Shown one piece after another: positions 31,406 to 40,565 of a stretch of DNA of 64,000 bases (position 1 is its first letter; each line of letters begins with the position of its first letter). The notes under the pieces are model-generated. The model saw only the letters and a list, made by a program, of their open reading frames with translations. It was not told the DNA's origin and did no database searches. Both the position numbers and the translations under genes were made by a program. The stretch comes from Spirochaetia bacterium (lineage in GTDB: Bacteria > Spirochaetota > Spirochaetia > CADAEX01), in NCBI GenBank assembly GCA_963662265.2, contig CAXXHA010000035.1, positions 32,001 through 96,000 on the forward strand. Direction: 5' to 3'.

Positions 31406-32308
31406 ATGAAAATTATGATGGATGCAAATAAAGTTAAACTTGGTATGGCTCCTATCGGCTGGACTAATGATGACCTTCCCGAGCTCGGAGGTGAGAACAC
31501 ATTTGAACAGTGTGTAAGTGAAATGGCTCTTGCTGGTTACACAGGAAGTGAAGTTGGAAACAAATATCCTAAAGATCCTGCAGAACTCAAGAAATATCTT
31601 GATATCAGAGGTATCCAGATCTGTAACCAGTGGTTCAGTTCTTTCCTTACAACCCAGGATTTTGAAACTGTAAAAGCTGATTTTGAGAAACAGCTTGATT
31701 TTCTCGAAGCTCTCGGAGCAAAAGTTATCGGACCTGCTGAACAGGGAAACAGTATTCAGGGTAAGGAAAATCCTATTTTCAGGGATAAGCCTTTCTTCAC
31801 AGATGAAGAATGGACAAAAGTTGCAGAAGGGCTCAACAAACTTGGTAAGATCGCAAAAGACAGGGGATTTAAACTCTGCTACCACCACCACATGGGAACC
31901 GGTGTTCAGACAATTGAAGAAACAAAGAAGCTAATGGATATGACAGATCCGAACTATGTTTACCTTCTCTTCGATTCAGGACATTTCACATTCTCAGATG
32001 AAGATCCTGTAGAAGCTCTTAAAATGTTTGTTGACAGGGTAGGTCATGTGCATCTCAAGGATGTAAGACTTGATAAACTTGCGCTCACCAAGGAAAAAGA
32101 ACTCTGCTTCCTTGATGCTGTAAGGGCCGGTTCTTTCACAGTTCCAGGCGACGGTTCTATAAATTTTCCGGTAATCTTTAAAATCCTCGAAGAAAACAAC
32201 TACGAAGGATGGATGGTTGTGGAAGCTGAGCAGGACCCTGCTATTGCTAATCCGTTTGAATATGCACTCAAGGCAAGAAAATATATCAGGGAAAACACTG
32301 GGATATAA
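31406..32308 (+). CDS. iolE: Myo-inosose-2 dehydratase
   Basis: [31 protein letters not shown]. Confidence 0.96.
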   Translation: MKIMMDANKVKLGMAPIGWTNDDLPELGGENTFEQCVSEMALAGYTGSEVGNKYPKDPAELKKYLDIRGIQICNQWFSSFLTTQDFETVKADFEKQLDFLEALGAKVIGPAEQGNSIQGKENPIFRDKPFFTDEEWTKVAEGLNKLGKIAKDRGFKLCYHHHMGTGVQTIEETKKLMDMTDPNYVYLLFDSGHFTFSDEDPVEALKMFVDRVGHVHLKDVRLDKLALTKEKELCFLDAVRAGSFTVPGDGSINFPVIFKILEENNYEGWMVVEAEQDPAIANPFEYALKARKYIRENTGI

Positions 32309-32505
32309 TCAATACCTCCGCTATCAGGCAGGCATATTCCTGAAGAGCGGGGCGTGATTCTGTATGGGGTTTTTTATTGACAGGTCTGATCCGGGTTTTA
32401 AGGATTATACAGTGTCATTTCCTTACAGAATGTTTCAGTTAAATATAAAAATCAGCAGGGTGCCCTTCGGGGTAATAGATCCATCCTGCGAATAAGGAGA
32501 ATATA

Positions 32506-33525
32506 ATGGGAGATAAAGTACGAGTAGGTATTATCGGTGCCGGAAGAATCGGAAAGGTTCATGCAGAAAGTATTGCATACCACATTCCAAATGCAGATGT
32601 TATTTCTGTAACAGATCCGTATATGAATGATGAATCAGAAGCATTCATGAAAAATCTCGGTGTTAAGAAGATTGGAAAAGATTACAAGGAAATAATCAAT
32701 GATCCGGATATAGATGCAGTAATTATCTGCTCTCCTACAAACACTCACTCACAGTACAGTATTGAAGCTGCTGAAGCAGGAAAGCATATTTTCTGTGAAA
32801 AACCGGTTGATATGGATGTTGAAAGAATCAAGGAAACAATCAAAGCAGTTGAAAAAGCAGGTGTGAAATTCCAGGTTGGTTTTAACAGAAGATTCGACCA
32901 TAACTTCATGGGCCTCCAGGAACATGTGAAGAAAGGAACAGTAGGTGATGTTCATATTGTAAGGGTAACATCCCGTGACCCTGCGCCGCCACCAGCTGAA
33001 TATGTTGCAGCTTCAGGCGGAATGTTCATGGATATGACTATTCATGATTTTGACATGGTGAGATTTCTCTCAGGCAGCGAAGTAGCAGAAGTTTCCGCTT
33101 ACGGTGCAGTTCTTGTAGATCCTGCAATCGGCGAAGCTGGCGATATTGATACAGCTGTAATCAACCTCAGATTTGAAAACGGTGCGCTCGGTATTATCGA
33201 GAACTCAAGAGAAGCTAAATACGGATATGATCAGAGAGCAGAAGTATTCGGCAACAAGGGTGCTGTTAAATCATCAAATGATACAAAATCAACAGCGGTT
33301 GTAAGCACAGCAGACGGTGTTACTGCAGAAAAACCTCTCTACTTCTTCCTTGAAAGATACATGGAATCATTTACAGAGGAGAAAAGACAGTTTTTCGATG
33401 CGATTGTAAATAATACAGAAGTCCCTGTAGGGGCAATTGACGGTCTTAAACCTGTTCTTATTGCAAAAGCAGCTCTTAAATCTGTAAAAGAGGGACGAAC
33501 AGTAAAATTAAGCGAAGTTGAATAA
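32506..33525 (+). CDS. iolG: Inositol 2-dehydrogenase
   Basis: GAGRIG, CEKP, GFNRRFD, SRDP, DMTIHDFD, YGYDQRAE, FFLERY. Confidence 0.94.
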   Translation: MGDKVRVGIIGAGRIGKVHAESIAYHIPNADVISVTDPYMNDESEAFMKNLGVKKIGKDYKEIINDPDIDAVIICSPTNTHSQYSIEAAEAGKHIFCEKPVDMDVERIKETIKAVEKAGVKFQVGFNRRFDHNFMGLQEHVKKGTVGDVHIVRVTSRDPAPPPAEYVAASGGMFMDMTIHDFDMVRFLSGSEVAEVSAYGAVLVDPAIGEAGDIDTAVINLRFENGALGIIENSREAKYGYDQRAEVFGNKGAVKSSNDTKSTAVVSTADGVTAEKPLYFFLERYMESFTEEKRQFFDAIVNNTEVPVGAIDGLKPVLIAKAALKSVKEGRTVKLSEVE

Positions 33526-33941
33526 CTCAGTACTTGATTTTTAAGTTGTTTGATAATATTATCAGACAATAGGGTGTAACCGGCTGGATCAGTTTTCTGT
33601 ATCTGGCCGGTGTTATATTCAATCATAGTAAATTCCGGGGGCAAAGTCATTTTGTGATTTCGTTTCCCGGTGAGTAGAATAAGTAATGTATGGTGTGGAT
33701 GGTATGTTGTCTCCGAACAGGGAAGTATACCCGCCATACAATCCATACCTTACAGAACAACATGCCACCGTCTGTGGCCGGGATAATACCCCTCAGGTAC
33801 ATTGTAACCTGCTGCATGTTATTTCTCCTGATCCTCAGGGCAGACATGCTGAAAAGGCGCGGGTTGTGACCTTAAGAGTCATTTATGCCATGTGCTTTTG
33901 ATGGCGGTGGTGTTGATTTACTTTATAAAGGAGTAAAAAAT

Positions 33942-35339
33942 ATGTCAGATGTTAAACAGAAAGAAGCGCAGGAACTTGTATCAGGTCTTATTGCCAGGGC
34001 GAGAGCTGCTCAGAAAATTGCTGAAGGTTTTTCTCAGGAAAAAGTTCTTGAACTTGCAAGAGCTATTTCATGGAATATTGTTAAACCTGGAAATATAGAA
34101 GAAATTGCAAAACTTGCATTCGAAGAATCAGAATTAGGTAACTACCAGAGTAAATACGGAAAACTCCAGAAAAAAATCAGAGGAGTTGTAAGAGATGTTG
34201 CAACAGCTAAAACAGTAGGTATTGTAGAAAGGGATGAGGCAAAAGGTCTTATCAAAGTTGCAAAACCTGTTGGTGTTATCGGAGCTCTTGTACCCTGTAC
34301 AAACCCTGAAGCAACACCTGTTATCAAGGCTATCAATGCGATCATGGGTAGAAATGCAATTGTTTTTGCTCCCCATCCAAGAACAAAGAAAACAAATACT
34401 CTTATTATGAATAAAATGAGGGAAGCTCTCAAAAAATTCGGAGCTCCTGAAGATCTTATTATCGGTATTGAAAATCCCACAATGGATGCAAGTTCCGAAC
34501 TGATGAAACAATGTGACCTTGTTGTTGCAACAGGCGGTGCTGGCATGGTTAAGTCTGCTTATTCATCAGGTACTCCTGCATACGGTGTAGGTGCGGGTAA
34601 TGTTGTAACTGTAGTTGACAAGACAGCTGATCTTAAAGATGCAGCTCACAAAATCATGCTCAGTAAAACATTCGACCTTGCAACAAGCTGCAGTGCAGAC
34701 AACAACCTTGTTCTTGAAACAGCTATTTATGATGACATGATTGAAGCTCTCAAAGCTGAAGGCGGATACATGGCAACTGCAGATGAAAAAGCAAAACTTC
34801 AGAATACTCTCTGGGTTGACGGTCATCTTTCAAGAGATATCGTTGCTCAGGAACCTTCAAGAATTGCCCAGCTTGCAGGAATTTCTATTCCTGAAGGTAC
34901 AAAATTCATCCTTGTTGAAGAAGACGGCGTAGGCCCTGAACATCCTTTCAGCGGTGAAAAAATGTGCGTTGTTGCGGCAGTACACAAGGTGTCAGATTTC
35001 GAAGCAGCAGTTAACAAGGTTAATGAGATTACTGCATACCAGGGCGGCGGCCACTCATGCGGTATCTATACAACAGATAACAGCCATATTGATGAATATG
35101 CGCTTAGAACTAAAACAAGCCGTGTTATGGTAAGACAGCCCCAGGTTTATGGAAACAGCGGAAACTGGGACAACGGACTTCCATTCACTCTTACCCTCGG
35201 CTGCGGTACATGGGGTGGAAATATTTCAAGTGAAAATATCACATGGAAGCACTTCATAAATACCACATGGGTCAGTCTCCCTATTCCTGAAAAGATCCCT
35301 ACTGATGAGGAGCTTTTCGGAGATATAATGAACAAATAG
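33942..35339 (+). CDS. CoA-acylating aldehyde dehydrogenase, SauS-like
   Basis: KPVGVIGALVPCTNP, ATGGAGMVKSAYSSG, KTFDLATSCSADN catalytic Cys, LTLGCGTWGGN; AAGGAG RBS before MSDVK. Confidence 0.88.
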   Translation: MSDVKQKEAQELVSGLIARARAAQKIAEGFSQEKVLELARAISWNIVKPGNIEEIAKLAFEESELGNYQSKYGKLQKKIRGVVRDVATAKTVGIVERDEAKGLIKVAKPVGVIGALVPCTNPEATPVIKAINAIMGRNAIVFAPHPRTKKTNTLIMNKMREALKKFGAPEDLIIGIENPTMDASSELMKQCDLVVATGGAGMVKSAYSSGTPAYGVGAGNVVTVVDKTADLKDAAHKIMLSKTFDLATSCSADNNLVLETAIYDDMIEALKAEGGYMATADEKAKLQNTLWVDGHLSRDIVAQEPSRIAQLAGISIPEGTKFILVEEDGVGPEHPFSGEKMCVVAAVHKVSDFEAAVNKVNEITAYQGGGHSCGIYTTDNSHIDEYALRTKTSRVMVRQPQVYGNSGNWDNGLPFTLTLGCGTWGGNISSENITWKHFINTTWVSLPIPEKIPTDEELFGDIMNK

Positions 35340-35434
35340 CTTTTATAGGCTGTTTGATAGTTCCTGTTTCGGCAGGAACATTAGGCAGGTCCTTTCCAGA
35401 CCTGCCAGAAATAGACATTTTTTTCTACTTTCCA

Positions 35435-35479
35435 GCTGCCCTGCTCCTTATGTATATGGGGAGAGGGCAGCACTTTTTT
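35435..35479 (+). terminator. Intrinsic terminator after the aldehyde dehydrogenase gene
   Basis: GCTGCCCT...AGGGCAGC followed by ACTTTTTT. Confidence 0.7.
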
Positions 35480-35841
35480 AACAACAGGATGTTGTCACCT
35501 GTACCTGCGGTACGGCGCAGGTGTATGCCGAGTGTTCATTTATTATCCCGAGGTACGAGGGGGGATGGACAATAACGAGGTGAACAACAGGCCGTTGTCC
35601 CCCTGAAGGGGGCAGGTGTATGCCGAGTGTCCATTTATTATCCCGAGGTACGAGGGGGGATGGACAATAACGAGGCGAACAACAGGACGTTGTCCCCCTG
35701 AAGGGGGAAGGTGTCACCTGAATTTGGACCACAGGTCCCGGCGATGCCGAGTGTCTATTTATTTTTCCCGAAGAACGATGGGGGATGCCTGTCCCCGGTT
35801 TACTAAAGGCTGACAATAACGAGGCGAACAACAGGATGTTT
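35480..35841. repeat. Structured tandem repeat array (~95 bp unit, ~3.3 copies)
   Basis: AACAACAGG at 35480, 35583, 35678, 35827; the block ATGCCGAGTGT...GACAATAACGAGG occurs three times. Confidence 0.9.
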
Positions 35842-36047
35842 TTGAAGACCCTCCGGTCTCAAATATTTTAATAACTGCCTGTAAACTATTTCAGGGTTTT
35901 TCTGCCAGTTCACTTATTTGGGAATTCTGAATGTGAAATCCTGGTTGCCGATCTTATTCTCTGAACAGTCGCTGGTTTGATTGATTTTAATAGACTAACA
36001 GCCGGCAGAATTATATAATGCGCAGGATTTTGAGAAAGGATATTAAA

Positions 36048-36488
36048 ATGAAATATATTTTTATGATTGCTGCATTTCTTGCAGGGACAACAATGCCTCT
36101 TCAGAGTTCAATTAATTCCGGTGTGTCCTCACATCTCGGCCATCCTCTCTACGGTGCAGCTGTGTCTTTTTTCGGAGGTGCTCTTATTTCCCTGTTAATA
36201 CTGATTTTTTCACCTGTCGGTTTTCCTCCCCTTCACAGGTTTGCAGGAATAAACTGGATTTACTTCACAGGCGGTGTTTACGGTCTTATAATAGTGATTT
36301 CTGTAATTAATTCAGTTCCCTACGCAGGGGTTGCATCAACTCTCGCCTGTGTAATTGCAGGTCAGCTTATAATGTCAGTCTTTTTCGATCATTTCGGATG
36401 GCTCGGGATAAATGCCATAAAAATATCACCTCACAGAATTGCCGGAATAATTCTTCTTATTGGCGGTGTATATCTTATTCAGCGGTAG
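36048..36488 (+). CDS. DMT family small membrane protein (YdcZ/DUF606-like)
   Basis: LQSSIN, SFFGG, GGVYG, GQL..S...DHFG. Confidence 0.88.
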   Translation: MKYIFMIAAFLAGTTMPLQSSINSGVSSHLGHPLYGAAVSFFGGALISLLILIFSPVGFPPLHRFAGINWIYFTGGVYGLIIVISVINSVPYAGVASTLACVIAGQLIMSVFFDHFGWLGINAIKISPHRIAGIILLIGGVYLIQR

Positions 36489-36755
36489 CTTTTAAAGTTA
36501 TCTGCTGAAACTGATAAGCATTATGTAATAATGAAAAGCTTCAGTCTTTCCGGGCTGTTTTGATCTTCTTTATTCAGCCTGGCAGCCGTTATACGCTCAT
36601 ATCTGGTTTTTTTGCCTTTCCTTCTGTTCCCTTAAATCGGTCTATGTATTAAAAGTTATTGGAAAAAAGAAAGAACTGTAAACCTGGTTTTTGTCTTTTT
36701 AATAGTTATGAACATATGTTATAATGAAGCATCTGAAACAACAGGAGTTAATATT

Positions 36756-38060
36756 ATGATTAAAAAGAATCTGCTGCCTGTTTCTGTTTTACTGCTTATT
36801 TCAGGCGCAATGTTCTCATCTCATTTCGGAGTGGGCGATCTTATCTTTCCCCCTATTCTGGGCAGAAGTACAGGTACAAGCTGGTTTACTGCTGCACTGG
36901 GTTACATGATAATAAACAGTGTTTTTGTCTGGCTTGCCTATCTTGCATGTGCTCACCAGAACCAGTCTCTTACAGGTATAGCAACAAGAGTACTTGGGAA
37001 GGTATCCGGTAAGATATATACATCAATACCGATTCTCATCACAGTTTTTTTTATACTGCCAAGGGTCTCTTCTGCCACACATGAAATGGCGGTCCTCCCT
37101 CTTGCGCCGGGCATTCCTCTATGGGCAACTCTGGCTGTTTTCTTTCTAATCTGCTTTTATGTTGCTTTTACAAGGGCGACTGTCATGGACAAGATCGGCA
37201 AGGTTATGGCACCTGTTCTGATAATTTTTGTAATCATACTTGCTGTAAAAGGGATTGCGACTCCCCTGTCTTATCCCGAAAGTGTTGAAAAAATAACACC
37301 TCTTAAAGACGGAATGCTTAATGCGTATAATACAATGAATGCAATAGCTGCACTCCTTTTCGGCGGCTGGGTGCTTCATGAGCTTAATATCAGAAATATC
37401 AAAACAAAAGAGGATAAAGATAAAAATCTCAATGTTATAGGCATTTTTACAGCTGTTCTTCTCGGTATAACTTCAACCGTGCTTGTCTACCTCGGAGCTT
37501 CTTCCGGCGCATCTTTTCCCGATGCGGCAATAGGAGTTCTTTCAACTAACATTGCAAGCAGTCTTCTCGGCAAGGCGGGACTTTTCAGCTTTGCAGTAAT
37601 AATGGCTCTGAGCTGTCTGACAACAGCTGCAGCAATTATTTCCATGGCTGGTGATATGTTTTCAGAGATGACAGGCGGAAAACTGAAATATCTTCATATA
37701 GTAGCTGCTGCTACAGCTGTAGCCTTTGTTCTCGGTCTTGTAGGATTAAGCAGGATAGTTAAATATACTGTTCCCTGGCTTGTTCTTCTTTATCCCTCTA
37801 TTGTAGTTTTTATACTGAGTGCTCTTTACTATGATTTTGATAAGATAAGAAAAGCTGTTGCAGGGGGAGTTATTACTGCGGTTTTTTTCGGTCTGGGCGA
37901 TATGCTTTCATTCTACGGGTTGACTTCCAATTTTATTACACAGCTTGCTTCCAGGCTGCCGCTGGGAAATCATGGCCTTGGCTGGTTTGTTCCGGTGATT
38001 GCTGTAATGGCAGTTGTTCAGCTGCTTACTTCCAGAAAAGCTGCTGAAGAAAAGGTTTGA
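36756..38060 (+). CDS. Branched-chain amino acid carrier (BrnQ family)
   Basis: FSSHFGVGDLIFPP, LPR, DKIGK, YNTMNAIAAL, CLTTA, LYP. Confidence 0.85.
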   Translation: MIKKNLLPVSVLLLISGAMFSSHFGVGDLIFPPILGRSTGTSWFTAALGYMIINSVFVWLAYLACAHQNQSLTGIATRVLGKVSGKIYTSIPILITVFFILPRVSSATHEMAVLPLAPGIPLWATLAVFFLICFYVAFTRATVMDKIGKVMAPVLIIFVIILAVKGIATPLSYPESVEKITPLKDGMLNAYNTMNAIAALLFGGWVLHELNIRNIKTKEDKDKNLNVIGIFTAVLLGITSTVLVYLGASSGASFPDAAIGVLSTNIASSLLGKAGLFSFAVIMALSCLTTAAAIISMAGDMFSEMTGGKLKYLHIVAAATAVAFVLGLVGLSRIVKYTVPWLVLLYPSIVVFILSALYYDFDKIRKAVAGGVITAVFFGLGDMLSFYGLTSNFITQLASRLPLGNHGLGWFVPVIAVMAVVQLLTSRKAAEEKV

Positions 38061-38154
38061 AAAGCGTACAATAGTTTTAAAATAAAAATACCGGGAAACA
38101 CCAATAATAAAAGTTAAAGCTTTTTCCCGGTAATATTGCAATACAGGAATCAGT

Positions 38155-39282
38155 ATGGAAAAAAAGATTGATGATTTTATTAACAGGAGAATTGAAAAAG
38201 GATATTTCCCCGGAGCTGCTGTCCTTGTCAGCCGTGGGGGAAAAACACTTTACAGCAAATCTTTCGGTACAAAACTCAAGGGTTCTGAATCTCCTTCAGA
38301 AAAAGTAACAGGTGATACTCTATTCAATATTGAATCAATTACAAAAGTGATGGTTACACTTCCGATTGTTTTTAAGCTTATTGAAGAGGGGCAGCTGACA
38401 CTTGATGACAGGGTTGCAGATTATCTGGGTGAGTTCGGAACAACTGAAGAAAAGAAAAAGGTTTCTGTCAGGGACCTTCTGAATTTCACAGGGGGAGTGC
38501 CTCTTGAGGATCCTGATATGTGTCTTGAGGCTGCAAAGAGGGGAGATCTCGAAAAAGCATGGGAGCTTCACTACTCCCAGGATTCAGGGTATGCTCCGGG
38601 GACAAAAGTGCTTTACAGTGATGTATCCTGCAGGATACTTGGAAAACTCCTTGAAAAGATTATGGAAAAAAATCTCAGTGAAGCTGCGGATGAGATGATA
38701 TTCGGTCCGCTTGGAATGAAAAACACGATGTTCAACCCGTCCGACAGTATGCAATGTGCCGACACTGGAAAGTCTGATTCCGGCCGGCCTCTTCGCGGCG
38801 ACATATGCCAGGACCTTGAACATTACCTCGGTGAAGTGCTGGGGTCTGACGGCCTCTTTTCAAGTGCAGAAGATATGAATATATTTTCGCAGATGCTTCT
38901 CGGCGGCGGAACATATAAGGGAAAAAGAATATTTTCACAGATATCAGTCAGCAAGATGACAGAAGGTATTACAAATTTTGATATTTTTGAGACAGCTGAA
39001 TCAGGTCTTCATTATATTGTGAGCGGACCCAAGACCTGGTTCTGGGAATATGCTTTATCTCCGTTCTCTTTCTTCGGAGATCTTGTTTCTGACAGGGCGA
39101 TAGGAAAAATGGGAGGGGCAGGTACATTCCTCCTCATAGATCCCGAGTATGATCTGGTTATTGTCTACCTTACAAATTACGGCCAGCCTGAAAACACTCT
39201 CTCCGGGGAGGCTTCCTGGAAAAAGTACCTTAGCGAGATCAATGTAATGGGGCTTTGTAACCTTGTTATAGGTAATATGTAA
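38155..39282 (+). CDS. Serine hydrolase, beta-lactamase/class C-like family
   Basis: FNIESITK (SxxK), YSD, PLGM..T, GLFSSAED, KMGGAGT. Confidence 0.85.
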   Translation: MEKKIDDFINRRIEKGYFPGAAVLVSRGGKTLYSKSFGTKLKGSESPSEKVTGDTLFNIESITKVMVTLPIVFKLIEEGQLTLDDRVADYLGEFGTTEEKKKVSVRDLLNFTGGVPLEDPDMCLEAAKRGDLEKAWELHYSQDSGYAPGTKVLYSDVSCRILGKLLEKIMEKNLSEAADEMIFGPLGMKNTMFNPSDSMQCADTGKSDSGRPLRGDICQDLEHYLGEVLGSDGLFSSAEDMNIFSQMLLGGGTYKGKRIFSQISVSKMTEGITNFDIFETAESGLHYIVSGPKTWFWEYALSPFSFFGDLVSDRAIGKMGGAGTFLLIDPEYDLVIVYLTNYGQPENTLSGEASWKKYLSEINVMGLCNLVIGNM

Positions 39283-39307
39283 GCGGCATTTTATTTGGTG
39301 TTTTATA

Positions 39308-39342
39308 AAGCTCTTTTCCATGATGCATAAGGAAGAGAGCTT
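39308..39342. terminator. Bidirectional hairpin between convergent genes
   Basis: AAGCTCTTTTCC/GGAAGAGAGCTT. Confidence 0.55.
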
Positions 39343-39432
39343 ATATTATTTGTGAAATGATATTCTTTGCAAGGCCTCTTTATTTAAACTGTTTATGAAG
39401 CTTTTATACTTATTCCCGGGTTCCATCAATAT

Positions 39433-40377
39433 TCAATCGAGAAGACCCTCTTTGTAGAATTCATATTTAGCAGTATCAGCTGATATCCTGTATGTCTGGT
39501 ACCATACTTTATTCTCATCTGTGATGTAGAACATGATAAATGTACTTTTTGCTCCCCTGTCAGCTGTTCCTCTTGAATGGCCTGTATCAACCTGCCATAC
39601 GCTGTCTATTTTTGAAATGCTGTAATTGTGAGTGTGTCCGCATATGTAGGCTTTCACATTATATGTTTTCAACAGGTTCCAGAAACTGTCCCTGTTTGCA
39701 GGATACTGATTCAGTGAATCATTTTCATGCCGGAGCCTTCCGCTTTCCTCATCAGGAAGCGGGTATGCAGGTTCATGGCCTATTACAATGACTACAGGTT
39801 TTGTATTGGTCTGAAGATCATTTTCAAGCCATGAATAAACATATGAATTTACATCCCCTTCAGTTCCTGTGTCTGATGACCCGTCATAGTATTCATTTAT
39901 TACAGAAAAATGGGCATTCCCGTATTCGAAGCTGTACATGGTTTCCGTGCATCCTGAAGGACCTGTATTAACTACCTCCGGAAGAGTATTGCCTCCCGGG
40001 TTATAGCTCCTGAGCCAGCTCATGTCTGAAGGTGTTTCCTTTTCATGATTTCCCACTACAGGATACCAGATATAATCTCTTCCGATATAATTCTGAATTG
40101 TCTCATATGTATCTCCGGGCGGATCGATATCTCCTGCAGAAACCATGAAATCCCCTCTTCCCCCTTCCTGTATTCTCTTGCAAACGCCCCGGAAATAGTT
40201 TGAATTACTGCCTGTATATTCTCTCATATCTGAAGCTGCCGAAAAAACTGTAACTATGTTTCCTTCAGGCGGGGTAAAAGGGGGATAGGTGTACTCTCCC
40301 GGTGTCCCGCATGAAGATATGAGAAAAAGCAGAACCGGAAGGCTTAAAAAAATTATAATTTTATGTTTGTTTCTCAT
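39433..40377 (-). CDS. Calcineurin-like metallophosphoesterase lipoprotein
   Basis: ISSC lipobox; GD, GNHE, HEP, GHTH motifs. Confidence 0.87.
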   Translation of the reverse strand: MRNKHKIIIFLSLPVLLFLISSCGTPGEYTYPPFTPPEGNIVTVFSAASDMREYTGSNSNYFRGVCKRIQEGGRGDFMVSAGDIDPPGDTYETIQNYIGRDYIWYPVVGNHEKETPSDMSWLRSYNPGGNTLPEVVNTGPSGCTETMYSFEYGNAHFSVINEYYDGSSDTGTEGDVNSYVYSWLENDLQTNTKPVVIVIGHEPAYPLPDEESGRLRHENDSLNQYPANRDSFWNLLKTYNVKAYICGHTHNYSISKIDSVWQVDTGHSRGTADRGAKSTFIMFYITDENKVWYQTYRISADTAKYEFYKEGLLD

Positions 40378-40565
40378 CACATAATTAATTATAGACTGAT
40401 AATAAGTGGAATAAAATATTTGAATTATAAAAAGCATAATACATCATGTAATAGTCTTTTTCATAAAAAGATAGTATTTATACTAATACAGGAATGCAAA
40501 AAAACTATATAATAGTACAATGGTAATTGTATAATGAAACTGCATTTCGGAGAGATCAGGTACTG

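Noticed and set aside
33647-33901. Short ORFs in the iolG spacer (also 35354-35831)
   Set aside because: No RBS or motifs; by-products of structured or repeated DNA
35480-35841. CRISPR array
   Set aside because: Conserved blocks are too long, the variable parts are related hairpins rather than unique spacers, and no cas genes are present
38155-39282. Beta-lactam resistance gene
   Set aside because: No signal peptide and non-canonical YSD/KMG motifs
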